Shown: one piece after another, positions 21,535 to 31,695 of the stretch
Numbering within the stretch: the first letter of the stretch is position 1
Layout of the letters: every line of letters begins with the position of its first letter
Made by a program: the position numbers and the translations under genes
The notes under the pieces: generated by a model
The model's database searches: none
Told to the model about the DNA's origin: nothing
The model's input: the letters and a program-made list of their open reading frames with translations, nothing else
Source: Plasmodiophora brassicae
Taxonomy: Eukaryota
NCBI GenBank assembly: GCA_036867785.1
Contig: CP145412.1
Coordinates: 496,001-560,000 of the forward strand
Reading direction: 5' to 3'
DNA: 64,000 nt

Positions 21535-23423
21535 TCAGTACCGCATCGGGACGAACTTCACCTGGTAGTTCGGCATGTCCATGGGCGCCTTGGTATCCAG
21601 GTTGATCATCTGCATCTTGAACTGATCGTTGACCTTGTCCAGGTCACAGTTGTCGAGCAGCTGCGCGTGCGGGATCGTCACATCCATGTACCGGTCCATC
21701 GTGTAGAACATGCCTGCCCAAACGTGCTGCGGTCAGTCGGGGTGTCATCCATGCGGTCGCCAGCAGACCGACCCGAATTGCCCATGCCCAGGTTGTAGAG
21801 GATGCCGATACGGGTGCCTTTCATGTACGCGTCTATACGGGTCGGCGGTCGCGTCGACTGGACGTCCTTGATGATGCAGACGACACGAGCGGTGGCGCCG
21901 CGCTTCTGCGACCCCAGCATCTGCGACTTGTCAATCTGGCTGTCTTCCAGGTTCATCGGGATCTGCAGGCGCGACGGCGATGGATCCGAATAGTTCGCGA
22001 TGAAACGTCGCTCCATGACGTTCAGCTCGGGAGCGGGCGGGTCCACTGCATCAGTGCCCTCCTGCACACCACCACCCGCCTGCGATTCCGCTGACGCTGA
22101 AGGCGCCGCCGCCGGTGCCACCGGGTCCGCGCTTCCCGTCGAGATTGCAATCGGCTGCGTCGTGGGCGGCGAAGTGACGATCCCGGGCTGCATCGTTGTG
22201 TTCGTACGGTTGCCCCCATGCACTTTGCCGTTTGCCGTCTTGGTCGCGTTGCCGGTCGCGTTGCCGGTCGCGTTCTTGCCATGCGATGCCTGCGAGGCCG
22301 GCTGTGTCCCGTTCCCGTTCTTTGGTGCCTGCGTTCGGACCGCAGGTGGGAACTTGGGCGCCGTTGGTTTGGGGGTGGTTCGCCTTGGCGTTGGTGGCGG
22401 CGTCGTCCCAGTTGGAATCGGCAGGCCGGCCTTGTCGACCGTCCCGACACTCTCCTCCCTCGTTGGGTCGTTCTTCCCGACCTTCATGTCGGGAGCGCCG
22501 CGCATCCAGCCGGTCAGGTCCTTGATCTGGTCGTCGCCCGAGAACGTGCCCAGTGAGTCCTGCGAACGTCATCATCAGCCGGCATGGAACACGGTGCCGC
22601 AGGAGGGATCGCAACCTGCAAAGGCCCACGTGCCTCCTCCGGGTACATGGCGAACTTGTTGACCAGCTGCCATTGCCACCAGATACGATCGACATTGTTG
22701 TGGTTCAACCAGAAGATCGGATCGAACGCAGAGTAGTCGAGCGTGTTCACTGAAAACGAAGACGCTGAGTACAGGTCGTCGCCGGTCCAAGCCAATGCAG
22801 AACGTACTGTCCCCTCCAACGGACCCATGTACGTCATTGTGTGCACCCTCCAGGGCTGCTGACATTTCTTCAAAACTCTCCCGCGTGATCGTCAGGGCTT
22901 CTTGATCAGCCAGCGACTTGAACGGGAAGTCGGCGTTCATGTCTCGTTTCGTCATGCCATCACCTGCAATGACCCAGTTGGTTAGCGTTGACGTCGTCGT
23001 CCGCACTATGCAGAAGGGATCACCTGCTTTCGGCCCGGCCAGGAGCGGGTTGGCCTGGACGTTGCCCTGGGCGTCGACGTAGGTTGCGTCCAGAAGCGCT
23101 TGAGGGATGGGCCCAGTGGTCCAGTCCCAATAGGGCAACGGGACGCCGAGAGCGATTTCCAAACGCGCGATGAATCGTCGATGCCATGGCAGGAATTTCT
23201 TCGAGCCGTGTGGGCAGAACGAATGAGGGACGCCGTGGTCGCCGGCAACGGCAACCCATTGGCCGTTCTGCTGCAGCGTACGAACGGCGTCCCGAAACCG
23301 GGTCAGTTCATCGGGACTTAGGTCGGCCAGGTTCTTCCTGGGGCCAAGTTCACCATCAGCAATGGCAACGATGGCCGTTAGAACGACACCAATCCAGAGC
23401 GGTGCGGCTGCCGGTAGGTGCAT
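21535..23423 (-). CDS. Secreted tyrosinase / polyphenol oxidase with Pro/Thr/Asn-rich linker and C-terminal domain
   Basis: Signal peptide; CuA GDH...CPHG...FLPWHR; CuB LEGAHNDVH...DPIFWLNHNNVDR. All six His are present. Several introns. Confidence 0.92.
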
Positions 23424-23728
23424 GTCGCGGTTAGGTAATATGGTTTAGCTGGCAGGCCGCCGTCCCTGCAAATGGCTCGTTTAGGGTGTGCCCCCAGCAA
23501 TCAAAAGGCGTGGGTCATCGATATCATCCATGTTGACACACACTGCGAACATTGCTCGTCGTAGTGGAGTCACGACATGCAAGCTGAAGCAAATTCGTGA
23601 CCAACCGCGTTGGCTGTGTCAGTGGGGTCACCGGTTCAGATTTCAGGCCGGGAATTTGGCGCGCGCCCCCATCCGCTCTACGTGACGATCGGAATCTTGG
23701 GCTCCGTTCACCATGCCATATCCAGTAA

Positions 23729-26014
23729 ATGTTGCTCTTCGTGTTGGCAGCGGCGCTGGCGCCATGGTCGATGGCGTGCCCCTGTCCAGACGTGCAGCGG
23801 GTCACCGACGCCTCCCTCGACGGCCAGGTGATCCGCTTCCAGGTTGCTGCCGGCGCTGGCCTGCAGCAGCCCGCCTGCATTGATGTCGTGGGGGGATCGC
23901 CGGTCGCGCCCGGCGCCCAGCTCAACCTGTGGGCGTGCCAGTCCTCCTGGCCATCGCAGCAGTTCACGATCAAGGCCACGTTATCACCTGGCGTCTACCA
24001 GATACGCGCTGGAGCCGCATCCGCAAACCTGTGCCTCGACGCAGGGACAACGACTATCGCGAACGGGCAACGCCCGACCATAGGAGTCTGCTCAGACGAG
24101 GCGGTCGCCCAGCGATGGATACTGGACGCGTCCAATCCAGCCGGGTTTCGCGTCATTGCTGCTGGGACGTGCTTCGTCCTGGACCTATACCAGCAGTCGC
24201 TGTCTCTTGGGACTCGCATCCATCTATGGTCAGTCAGCAGCGCCAGCACCCAGCTCTGGAACGACGCGTCCCCGTCCCGCTCACCGGCATCCTCTGACGC
24301 CGACCTGGCAACGTGGGCGCACGCCAAAGTCGACACGAACAACGTCGGCGTGCTGGCGTCGCCTAGCGCCGTTCGCGGTTCGTCGTTCTACAAGGTGTCC
24401 GTCGCCAAGCGATCGTCACCCGTTCTGAAGTACAGCGCGTTCGTGTACGCTGCGTTGCCAAGGTCGGGCGGCCCTATGGTCGGTAAAGAGGACGGCGCCG
24501 AAACGAACGGGCAATCGTTTCACTGGTGCACGATCCCGCACAACGTCGACCTGTTCGTCGACGTGACGTTCCTGCAAGGGCGCCTGACGTCGACCACGAA
24601 CGTCACCATTCGCCCAGCGCGGTTTCAGGAGTCCCTCGCGACCTACGTCCTCGACCAGAGCACGTTGCGGGTGGCCATCCCCAGCCAGGTCGGCGGCATT
24701 CGCATCTCCATCGAGCTCAACGGCGCCAGCCAGTGGGTGTCTCCTGGCGGGCAGGTCGAACCCACGCAGGCCTTCATGCTGTTCACCATGCCATACGATC
24801 TCGGCGCCGCCAGCAGCCCGATCTCAGCGAACGTGCCGTACACCAGCGTCGCCCCGGGCGCGTCCGTCGACTTCACCACGATCCAGACACAGGCGATCGT
24901 GTTCCAGGCGGGCCTGTACCGCCTGGGCGCAGGCGCCCAGGCGAACCTGTCGCCCAACGTGAAATGGGTCCACCTGGCGCCGGGCGCCTTCGTCAGGGGC
25001 GCCTTCGTCTTCAACGCGCCGGCCGGGTCCAAGCTGCGCATCACGGGCGTCGGCGGCGTCATCTCCGGCGAGGAGTACGTGTACGAGGCGGACACGCGCA
25101 ACGCGAACTTCTCGCAGAACACGCAGGCCGACTGCTACGCGACCTGCGTGATCATGCTGCGCGTCAACAATGCGAACGGGGGGACTTTGACCATTCGAGG
25201 CGTGACGGTCAGCAGCCCGCCGTACCATTCGTTCGTGGCGTTCCCGGACGGGGCCAGGATGCTGATGCAGGTGGAGTACTACCACCAGGTGGCGGCCTAC
25301 TACTGGCAGACCGATGGCCTGGAGCTGTTCTCCTCGCCCGTCGCCGGGGCGGTCACCACGATGCGATGGTCGTTCTTCCACTCGAACGACGACGTCATCA
25401 AGGTCTACTATTCGAATCTCGTCGTCAGCGATATCGTCGTCTGGAAAGGGTTGAACGGGCCTGTCATCCAGTGGGGCTGGGCGCCACGAAAGATTTCCAA
25501 CGTGAGTCTAACGCGGATCGATGTCATTCATAACCGGATGCAGTACGACAACCACAACCTGTGCCTGATCAATGCCGCCAAACACTACATCGATTCGTAT
25601 CGGGCGGCGAATTCAGGAGCTGACGGATCCATGATCGTTGCCAACATTTCCATTACCGACCTGCGCGCTGAAGGCAAGGTGCCGTGCACGATGCGCATCT
25701 ACCCGCTAACAACATTGATTGGCCTGAGGATCACAAACCTGCACATCGACGATTGGGTTGATTCGGCGCACCTGGTCTCGAACGACCTCGCGGTACAATC
25801 GGGCGTGAACGGTGCGGCTAACGGGTACATTGCCGACGAGGTGTCGCTCTCGGGCGGTCCTGCTCCTGGCCAAGGTATCCACCTGACTGCCTATACAGTC
25901 GGAGATAAGGTCGTCGTCAAGAACGTCGACGGTACCGGCACGTACAATTCAGCGGGTCGCCTGCCCTGGTTCAGCGCGTACTGGGGCAAATGGAACGCAT
26001 CGGCATCTGCATGA
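23729..26014 (+). CDS. Secreted ricin-B lectin (CBM13-like) + glycoside hydrolase family 49 (dextranase/isopullulanase-like)
   Basis: Signal peptide; CIDV, QQF, CLDA, QRW and QLW ricin motifs; GH49-like WVHLAPGAFVRGA, ISGEEYVY, WQTDGLE, FFHSNDDVIKVYYSN and GPVIQWGW; intronless 761 aa. Confidence 0.85.
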   Translation: MLLFVLAAALAPWSMACPCPDVQRVTDASLDGQVIRFQVAAGAGLQQPACIDVVGGSPVAPGAQLNLWACQSSWPSQQFTIKATLSPGVYQIRAGAASANLCLDAGTTTIANGQRPTIGVCSDEAVAQRWILDASNPAGFRVIAAGTCFVLDLYQQSLSLGTRIHLWSVSSASTQLWNDASPSRSPASSDADLATWAHAKVDTNNVGVLASPSAVRGSSFYKVSVAKRSSPVLKYSAFVYAALPRSGGPMVGKEDGAETNGQSFHWCTIPHNVDLFVDVTFLQGRLTSTTNVTIRPARFQESLATYVLDQSTLRVAIPSQVGGIRISIELNGASQWVSPGGQVEPTQAFMLFTMPYDLGAASSPISANVPYTSVAPGASVDFTTIQTQAIVFQAGLYRLGAGAQANLSPNVKWVHLAPGAFVRGAFVFNAPAGSKLRITGVGGVISGEEYVYEADTRNANFSQNTQADCYATCVIMLRVNNANGGTLTIRGVTVSSPPYHSFVAFPDGARMLMQVEYYHQVAAYYWQTDGLELFSSPVAGAVTTMRWSFFHSNDDVIKVYYSNLVVSDIVVWKGLNGPVIQWGWAPRKISNVSLTRIDVIHNRMQYDNHNLCLINAAKHYIDSYRAANSGADGSMIVANISITDLRAEGKVPCTMRIYPLTTLIGLRITNLHIDDWVDSAHLVSNDLAVQSGVNGAANGYIADEVSLSGGPAPGQGIHLTAYTVGDKVVVKNVDGTGTYNSAGRLPWFSAYWGKWNASASA

Positions 26015-26429
26015 GTGCCCCCTGACGATGTACGCCTAGTACGCCGGGATTCCATCCAAATTATACATACATACGTCTTTGCCATTGCGCGCACGTTGAA
26101 TCATCATGGTGGAGGTTAGGTCCATCAGTTAGCGAACCTGGCCTTCCCCGGGGTCTACTACATGACAGCGAGCGGGGGGACGAGCTTCCCTTCATCAACC
26201 GACCGGCGCCATGCTCGACGGCAACCGCTTCCCAGCCCGCACCCTGGCTTCAGGGGGCGTTTGCCTCTGGTTTGTCCCCAAACGTGTACATGGATTTCGC
26301 TATTGATAGCGATCCCCACCATGGCGCATCTGGCGGCCTGCGGCCAGTACATTTGCGTCCGCTCGGGGGGTGGGGGGGGGGGGGGGGAGGGGGCGGACGC
26401 CGATTCATTGTTGAAAAAGCGTTGCCAGC

Positions 26430-26780
26430 ATGCGACTCGTATATGTCGTCGTCATCGTGACCGCTGCCATCCTGGATCTCGCCAACGGCGGCAACTGCTG
26501 CGGCTGCTTCATGATTGATACGGAAAGCATCGCAAGTTCTGAGTCGTCGACGTCGAGCGTATACAGCCCCGTGCCGACATCGCAAGCGAGTCCCCCAGCA
26601 CCTGCTTCAGTGAACCACCCTGGTGATACAAACACGACCCTGACAGGACATAGACGCGCCCGCAGAACCCGCAGGCAGCGAGGTTCAACCCGGGGCAGGC
26701 CGGTGTCGTCACGTAGCCAAGATCCGGCGCAGCGACCAGGAGTACTTGAACGCCGCGACAGCCCCTGTATCGTCTTCGTA
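26430..26780 (+). CDS. Small secreted protein (candidate effector), paralog A
   Basis: Hydrophobic N-terminus MRLVYVVVIVTAAILDLANG; shares SSxYxSPVPxSQ with 28587; possible GC-AG intron at 26587-26647. Confidence 0.55.
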
Positions 26781-27395
26781 GAGTACTGAGCCGCGAATCC
26801 AATGACGTATGCAATGAAACGAACTAATCAATGATTGGCCAGACGAAATTGGAGCCGTGTGTGGGTACGCAGGGAGCACCTCCTGCTGCGCCTGGATACA
26901 GCGGCTGCTGGGTGCCCGCCGCCGTCCCACACGCTCCGAGTCTCCGTCCAACCTTGATCGTCGTGGGACGCCCGTGCAAGCGGCGTCGTCAGTTGTCGCG
27001 AACTAAGCGGGCCGCCGTGGATCGCGACGGCACGGGCGCTGCTAGCGCTCATGTCGTCGACAAATCGGACAATGCGCACGTCGGCCAGGCCGCTGCGGCA
27101 CGCGCGACCGACTATGACAGTTACTACGACGAAGTTTGGCAGCGAGCCGACGACGACGAGCCGTGCGCTGATCCTGACCGCATGTGGTATGACCACATAC
27201 GTGCGCGTACCTGACGAAACCGCCGCTGGGGCTGGACACCCCTGCCCAACATGGGCGCGCAATTGGGCCAGCGGCGACGTCTCATTCCGTGTGAACCGTA
27301 CCGTCCGATACAGGTCCCCCCCCCCCCCCCCCAAAGTCCAGTCAGCCGGTGATGAGTTCCAACTCTGTGCCTTCATTAAAATGGGCGGTGCTTGC

Positions 27396-28172
27396 TCATT
27401 TCTGGATCTTGTGGCGACAGCTCTTCTCGTGACTGCACAGGCGGTCTTTGCGGTTGTACGATTTCGGACATGTGCGATTTGGGCAATGGTACCGCTTGCG
27501 AACTAGAAGAACCTTGCAACTGTGATCCTGGTGCCGATTGAGGTGACTTGTGTTGGATACCTCCGTGCCGCAATAGACACACGTGCACGTGACCTTCGGG
27601 GCCGTGCTGGATGTTGTCGCCCCAAGTCGGCGCCCATAACACATAGGGGAAGCGTTTTCTCAATTGAGAAAACGCTTCCCCTATGTGTTATGGGCGCCGA
27701 CTGCCCCAGCATCAAAGTTAAATGTTGTGAGCTGGTCGTGATCGCACGACACCCACGTCTGCCTAACGAAGTCTAACATGCTGCTGTCGACGTCGGATGG
27801 TGCCCAGGTTGACACGCCGCTGAGCTTGTGATCAATGGCGTGCGACGCTGGGTCATGCATCGTTTCGTCGTCAGAGGTACCGGTCAGTACTGCTGTGTGC
27901 TCGATCCGCTCAATGTGACGTCCTGTGCTCGACGCTGCCGTTGACATCGCCACATCGTCGCCGACGTCATGCAGGTTGCCGATATTGTCGTTCTGGCAGG
28001 GAATTATGAGCGACTCGTACATGCCACAATGTAGGTCTTGATGATCATCTGGGTACGCATTCAGGTCAAAGTAGGCCTTGACTGCGTCGCCGTCGACGTC
28101 GTCATCGGCGCCGAGAGCGCAACGTCCAGCTAAGAACGCGAAGAGCAACGCGTACGATTTCCCAGGTGCCAT
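27396..28172 (-). pseudogene. Signal peptide + acidic region + two C2HC zinc fingers, interrupted by an 84-bp insertion containing stop codons
   Basis: ORFs 27681-28205 and 27396-27644 are in the same frame. Removing the palindrome plus one TSD restores ...FDAG-ATTSSTAPK...CVYC-x12-H-x4-C...CPNRTC-x12-H-x3-C (230 aa). Confidence 0.8.
27625..27702. mobile_element. 78-bp perfect palindromic insertion (two abutting 39-bp TIRs, AG...CT termini) with 6-bp TSD GCCCCA
   Basis: AGTCGGCGCCCATAACACATAGGGGAAGCGTTTTCTCAA followed directly by its exact reverse complement; GCCCCA at 27619-27624 and 27703-27708. Confidence 0.92.
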
Positions 28173-28586
28173 TGTCGATGTCGCTCGTGGATGCGCCAGC
28201 AGCAACGTGCAGATTGAGCCCGGCGCCAGGCCGTACCGCAGTTTCCAGGGCCTGGGCGGCGCCCCCGCGTACTGTCCGCGGTATACCAGTCGGGAACCTC
28301 GGTCGCCTTAATAATTAGCTGGCCAGAGATGAGGGAGGCGTGGCACCCCCAGCGCTGATCGCTGTTCCTGTTACGGATGCCCCCCCAAAGTGTCCCAAAC
28401 CTTTACCTCCGATCCTGCAGGCTATAATGCAACGCGTTTTCCCCAGTACCTATCGGCCCACTATTAATAGCAATACGCCACTGAGCTTTGTGGAGCTTCC
28501 GCTGCGGCGACTCTGTCCCGGGAACTGGGGACACCCCGTTTGACGACCACGGCGGTTTCCGATCCATTGCCGCAACCAACGTCTAA

Positions 28587-28880
28587 ATGAGGCTAGCTCT
28601 CGTTATCGTCATCGCGGCCGCCTGCGTCCTGGGCCTCGCCAGCGCTGGCAACGTCTTCTGGAAAGGCCGGGGGCACAAGCCGTGGTGTATTCCGTCGCTG
28701 TCATCCGCGTACCAGTCCCCTGTACCAAGATCGCAAGTGAGGCCAGCATATCATGGTTTCAGCCGCAACATGACGGAACGAGGCGCCCGATCGAGGAGCC
28801 GACAGGAGGCGCCCTGCATCCCCGACGTGCAAGTATCTCATCGAGTAAGGCCCCCCGCGTCTGAGCCGTTCGTTCAATGA
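28587..28880 (+). CDS. Small secreted protein (candidate effector), paralog B
   Basis: Signal peptide MRLALVIVIAAACVLGLASA; SSAYQSPVPRSQ followed by a GTGAG donor at the same position as paralog A's candidate intron; 3' end uncertain. Confidence 0.55.
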   Translation: MRLALVIVIAAACVLGLASAGNVFWKGRGHKPWCIPSLSSAYQSPVPRSQVRPAYHGFSRNMTERGARSRSRQEAPCIPDVQVSHRVRPPASEPFVQ

Positions 28881-29235
28881 AATCATCGGGAACCGACGAC
28901 GACCGATTGCATATTGGCGTGATTTGCCCCAGGGGCTATGCTCCATCTATTATATTATAGACATTCTGAGGATGCCGTACATGTTTCGTCAACTGTAGAC
29001 GCATGCTAAGGATATGGCATATTTATATACGTCCTAGCCAGACCGACCAGCTGGCCTATATCGCTGGTAGTTGACACCCGGCCTGCCAGCTAGGTAGTCT
29101 GCCACCACCCTGTAGCACGTCTGCCGGGGTTAATGTCGGTGGGAACACGGCCAGCACCAGCATCCCAGTCGGGCGCAAGCCCTGATCAGGTGGGCGCCAC
29201 CACGGTTCGGACTTCGCCGGCAGCGAGAGCGTCAA

Positions 29236-30132
29236 ATGGGCGTTCTGTCCTGGGTGCTGCTTGTCGGCATGGCGGCGGCGACCGCCGATCCCGTGCGGAT
29301 CGCTGTCCGGTCGTTCAACATTCGCACGGGATGGGCGCCGGACCTGTGGAACGCGTGGCCGTTCCGCGCTACGGCCTGCCTGCAGGCGATCGGTGATCCT
29401 CCCGACGGCGACCTGTCGCCCGACATCGTCGGCCTGCAGGAGGTCCTGTCGTTCCAGTTATCCAGGATCCGGGACGCGTTCCCGTACTACGTGTCCGTCG
29501 GGCATGGTCGCGGCGACGGTGGTACGCGCGGCGAGTACGGCCCGATCCTGTTTGATGCCCGTCGATGGTCGCTGGTCGACAGCGGCATGTTCTGGCTGAG
29601 TGATACGCCCACCGTTCCTGGAAGCAAACCGGCAGGCGCCAGCGGCTGCCCGCGCATCCTAACCTGGGCGCGTCTGCGACACCGCGCTGCCGGCGTCGAC
29701 GTCCTCGCCCTGAACACGCACCTCGACCACGTTTCTTCGCGGGCGCGACTCGACGGTGTGCATCGCATTCTGACGTTCCTTCGCGAATCCAACGTCGACG
29801 CCCTGCCCGTCATTCTGACGGGCGACTTCAACAACGACGTGGAGGATGCGCCGGAGATCACCGCCGTCAAGCAGGCCGGGTTCGTCGACAGCTACCGGGT
29901 CGTACACCCCGACGACGACGACGACGACGCCGGCACGTTCCACGCGTTCACCGGTCGGGCCGCGTCCGCCAAGATCGACTTCGTGTTCGCCACCCGCGGC
30001 CTGGCCGTCGTCGACGCCGGCATCGACCGGCAGAAACGATGCGGGCGGTACCCGTCGGATCACTTCCCGATTAGCGCCACCCTTGAACTGGATCCCCGAC
30101 GGGTATCACCACCACCGCCCACGGCCACCTGA
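29236..30132 (+). CDS. Secreted endonuclease/exonuclease/phosphatase (EEP) family protein
   Basis: Signal peptide; SFNIR, GLQEV, GMFWLSDTP, NTHLDH, GDFN, IDFVF and PSDHFP motifs; intronless. Confidence 0.92.
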   Translation: MGVLSWVLLVGMAAATADPVRIAVRSFNIRTGWAPDLWNAWPFRATACLQAIGDPPDGDLSPDIVGLQEVLSFQLSRIRDAFPYYVSVGHGRGDGGTRGEYGPILFDARRWSLVDSGMFWLSDTPTVPGSKPAGASGCPRILTWARLRHRAAGVDVLALNTHLDHVSSRARLDGVHRILTFLRESNVDALPVILTGDFNNDVEDAPEITAVKQAGFVDSYRVVHPDDDDDDAGTFHAFTGRAASAKIDFVFATRGLAVVDAGIDRQKRCGRYPSDHFPISATLELDPRRVSPPPPTAT

Positions 30133-30341
30133 CGATGACGGGCAGGGTCAGCGGTGGACCACGACCTACCGACGGTAACCGCTGTCGTCGCGCGGCGGCG
30201 CCGTCCCGTCACGCGTCGTCGTCATAAGACGGTCCCCGTTCAGACGCATACACCGCGTACCCACCATACCCGCCCGTGCAACCTGGGAAGGCGATGATCG
30301 CTTAGTACGATCAATAGCCGTTGGGCTAAGCGTCAGCAACC

Positions 30342-31690
30342 ATGTCGCGGGTCGTCGTGTCGCGCGCGTCGTCGCCGTCGATGGCGTTGAAGAGTCGCCC
30401 GATGTCGAACGTCCGCGGGCGGGTCCATCGTGGGCGTAGCGTGCCCCGAGCGCGGCCGTCGTCGTCGAACGGCCTGACCCGATCGTCGCCGGGATCATCG
30501 CGACCCAAGAGTGCCCCAATCTCAAGTCGTCCAGCTTTCCGCCGCATCCAGCTGTCGTCCGATTCGTCGTCGTCTTTGATTGTGCTCGATAACGGCGTCA
30601 CGCTGCCGCCGCCGATGCGCCTGCGCTTCCGACCCCGCTTGGCGACCATCGTCGAGGAAGAAGACGGCGAGGACGACGACGACGAAGACGACGTCGACGA
30701 TGGTGATGTCGAGGACGTCGACGACGCTGTCCCTGGCACGGTCGAGCACATGCCGGAGGAGGGTCCAGTGGCTTCGTCGACGCCGGACGCGTTGCGTTTC
30801 GTCCTGCAGCGTTGCCCGAAGGGAACCCGCCCTGCCCTGGTCAAGGCGTTAACAAGGGCGTCGCTGGTGCCCGGGTCTGACGACGCCCTTGTCGATCTGC
30901 TGTGGAGTGGGTCGCGCCTCCCGTTGCCATCGTCGGCGTTCGACGGCGCGCCCGACCTGCTGGTGAACCAGTTCCCTGGCCTGCAACGCGTCATGTCCCG
31001 ACGGGATTTCATCCACCATCGCCTTCGCGCTGTACGACATCTGCTGCCGTTCCTCCCCGACGTCGTCTTCCTGCCACAGTACCGTCGGCGTCATTCGTTT
31101 CCCTAAACGACGGTGCCCTAACGACAGTGAGCAGGCCTAACGCCGCCATGTTCGCCAAAGGGTCCTGGAAGTTGTACCCGGTGCATTCCAGGCGGCGTGC
31201 ATCGGTCATGACCGCGAAATCGTTATCGAAAGCGACCTCTGGTGTCGCAGTCGCCGAACGCAACGACGTCGTCGGCCAGGTGCAGGCCTGGGCCGTCGTC
31301 ACGTCGATCGTCCCGCTACGCGTCTACGTGTACCATGGGGAAGCCATATCGGTGCCGTCGTCGTGGTCGTCGATCCACACTGTCGTCGCCTCCGTCATCT
31401 GCAGCATCGTCACGCCCGACATGCATCGCGACGGTTCGTTCCAGGTCGTGCGCGTCACCGTTAAGATCGGGCGCGATGGCCGCCTGTGGCTGGCTGACGT
31501 GCAGAGCGGCGTCCCCATTCGTGGTCGCCCGGCCGCGCAGGTGGTCACCGATGTTGTCAGGTTCGTCGTCAGCCATCAACGACGACGTCAGCAGGATCGC
31601 AACCCGCTGTTCCATCGGGCCGATACGCCGGCCGACCTGCTCTCCGCCATGCGGCGCTTAACGATTCAGGCGCCCGCTGTCCACTCATAA
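30342..31690 (+). CDS. Divergent tubulin-tyrosine-ligase-like (TTLL) protein
   Basis: LLVNQFPG, FLPDVVFLP, VVTSIVPLRVYVY and FQVVRVTVKIGRDGRLWLADVQ resemble TTL-family segments; one intron near 31080-31133. Confidence 0.55.
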
Positions 31691-31695
31691 ACGTA

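Noticed and set aside
26831-27214. 127-aa ORF between the secreted genes
   Set aside because: No signal peptide or motif, and it overlaps several equally weak frames.
27625-27702. Palindromic insertion acting as a spliceosomal intron (Introner)
   Set aside because: A GT lies near the start on the coding strand, but none of the AG acceptors I tried removes both stops and restores the zinc-finger frame.
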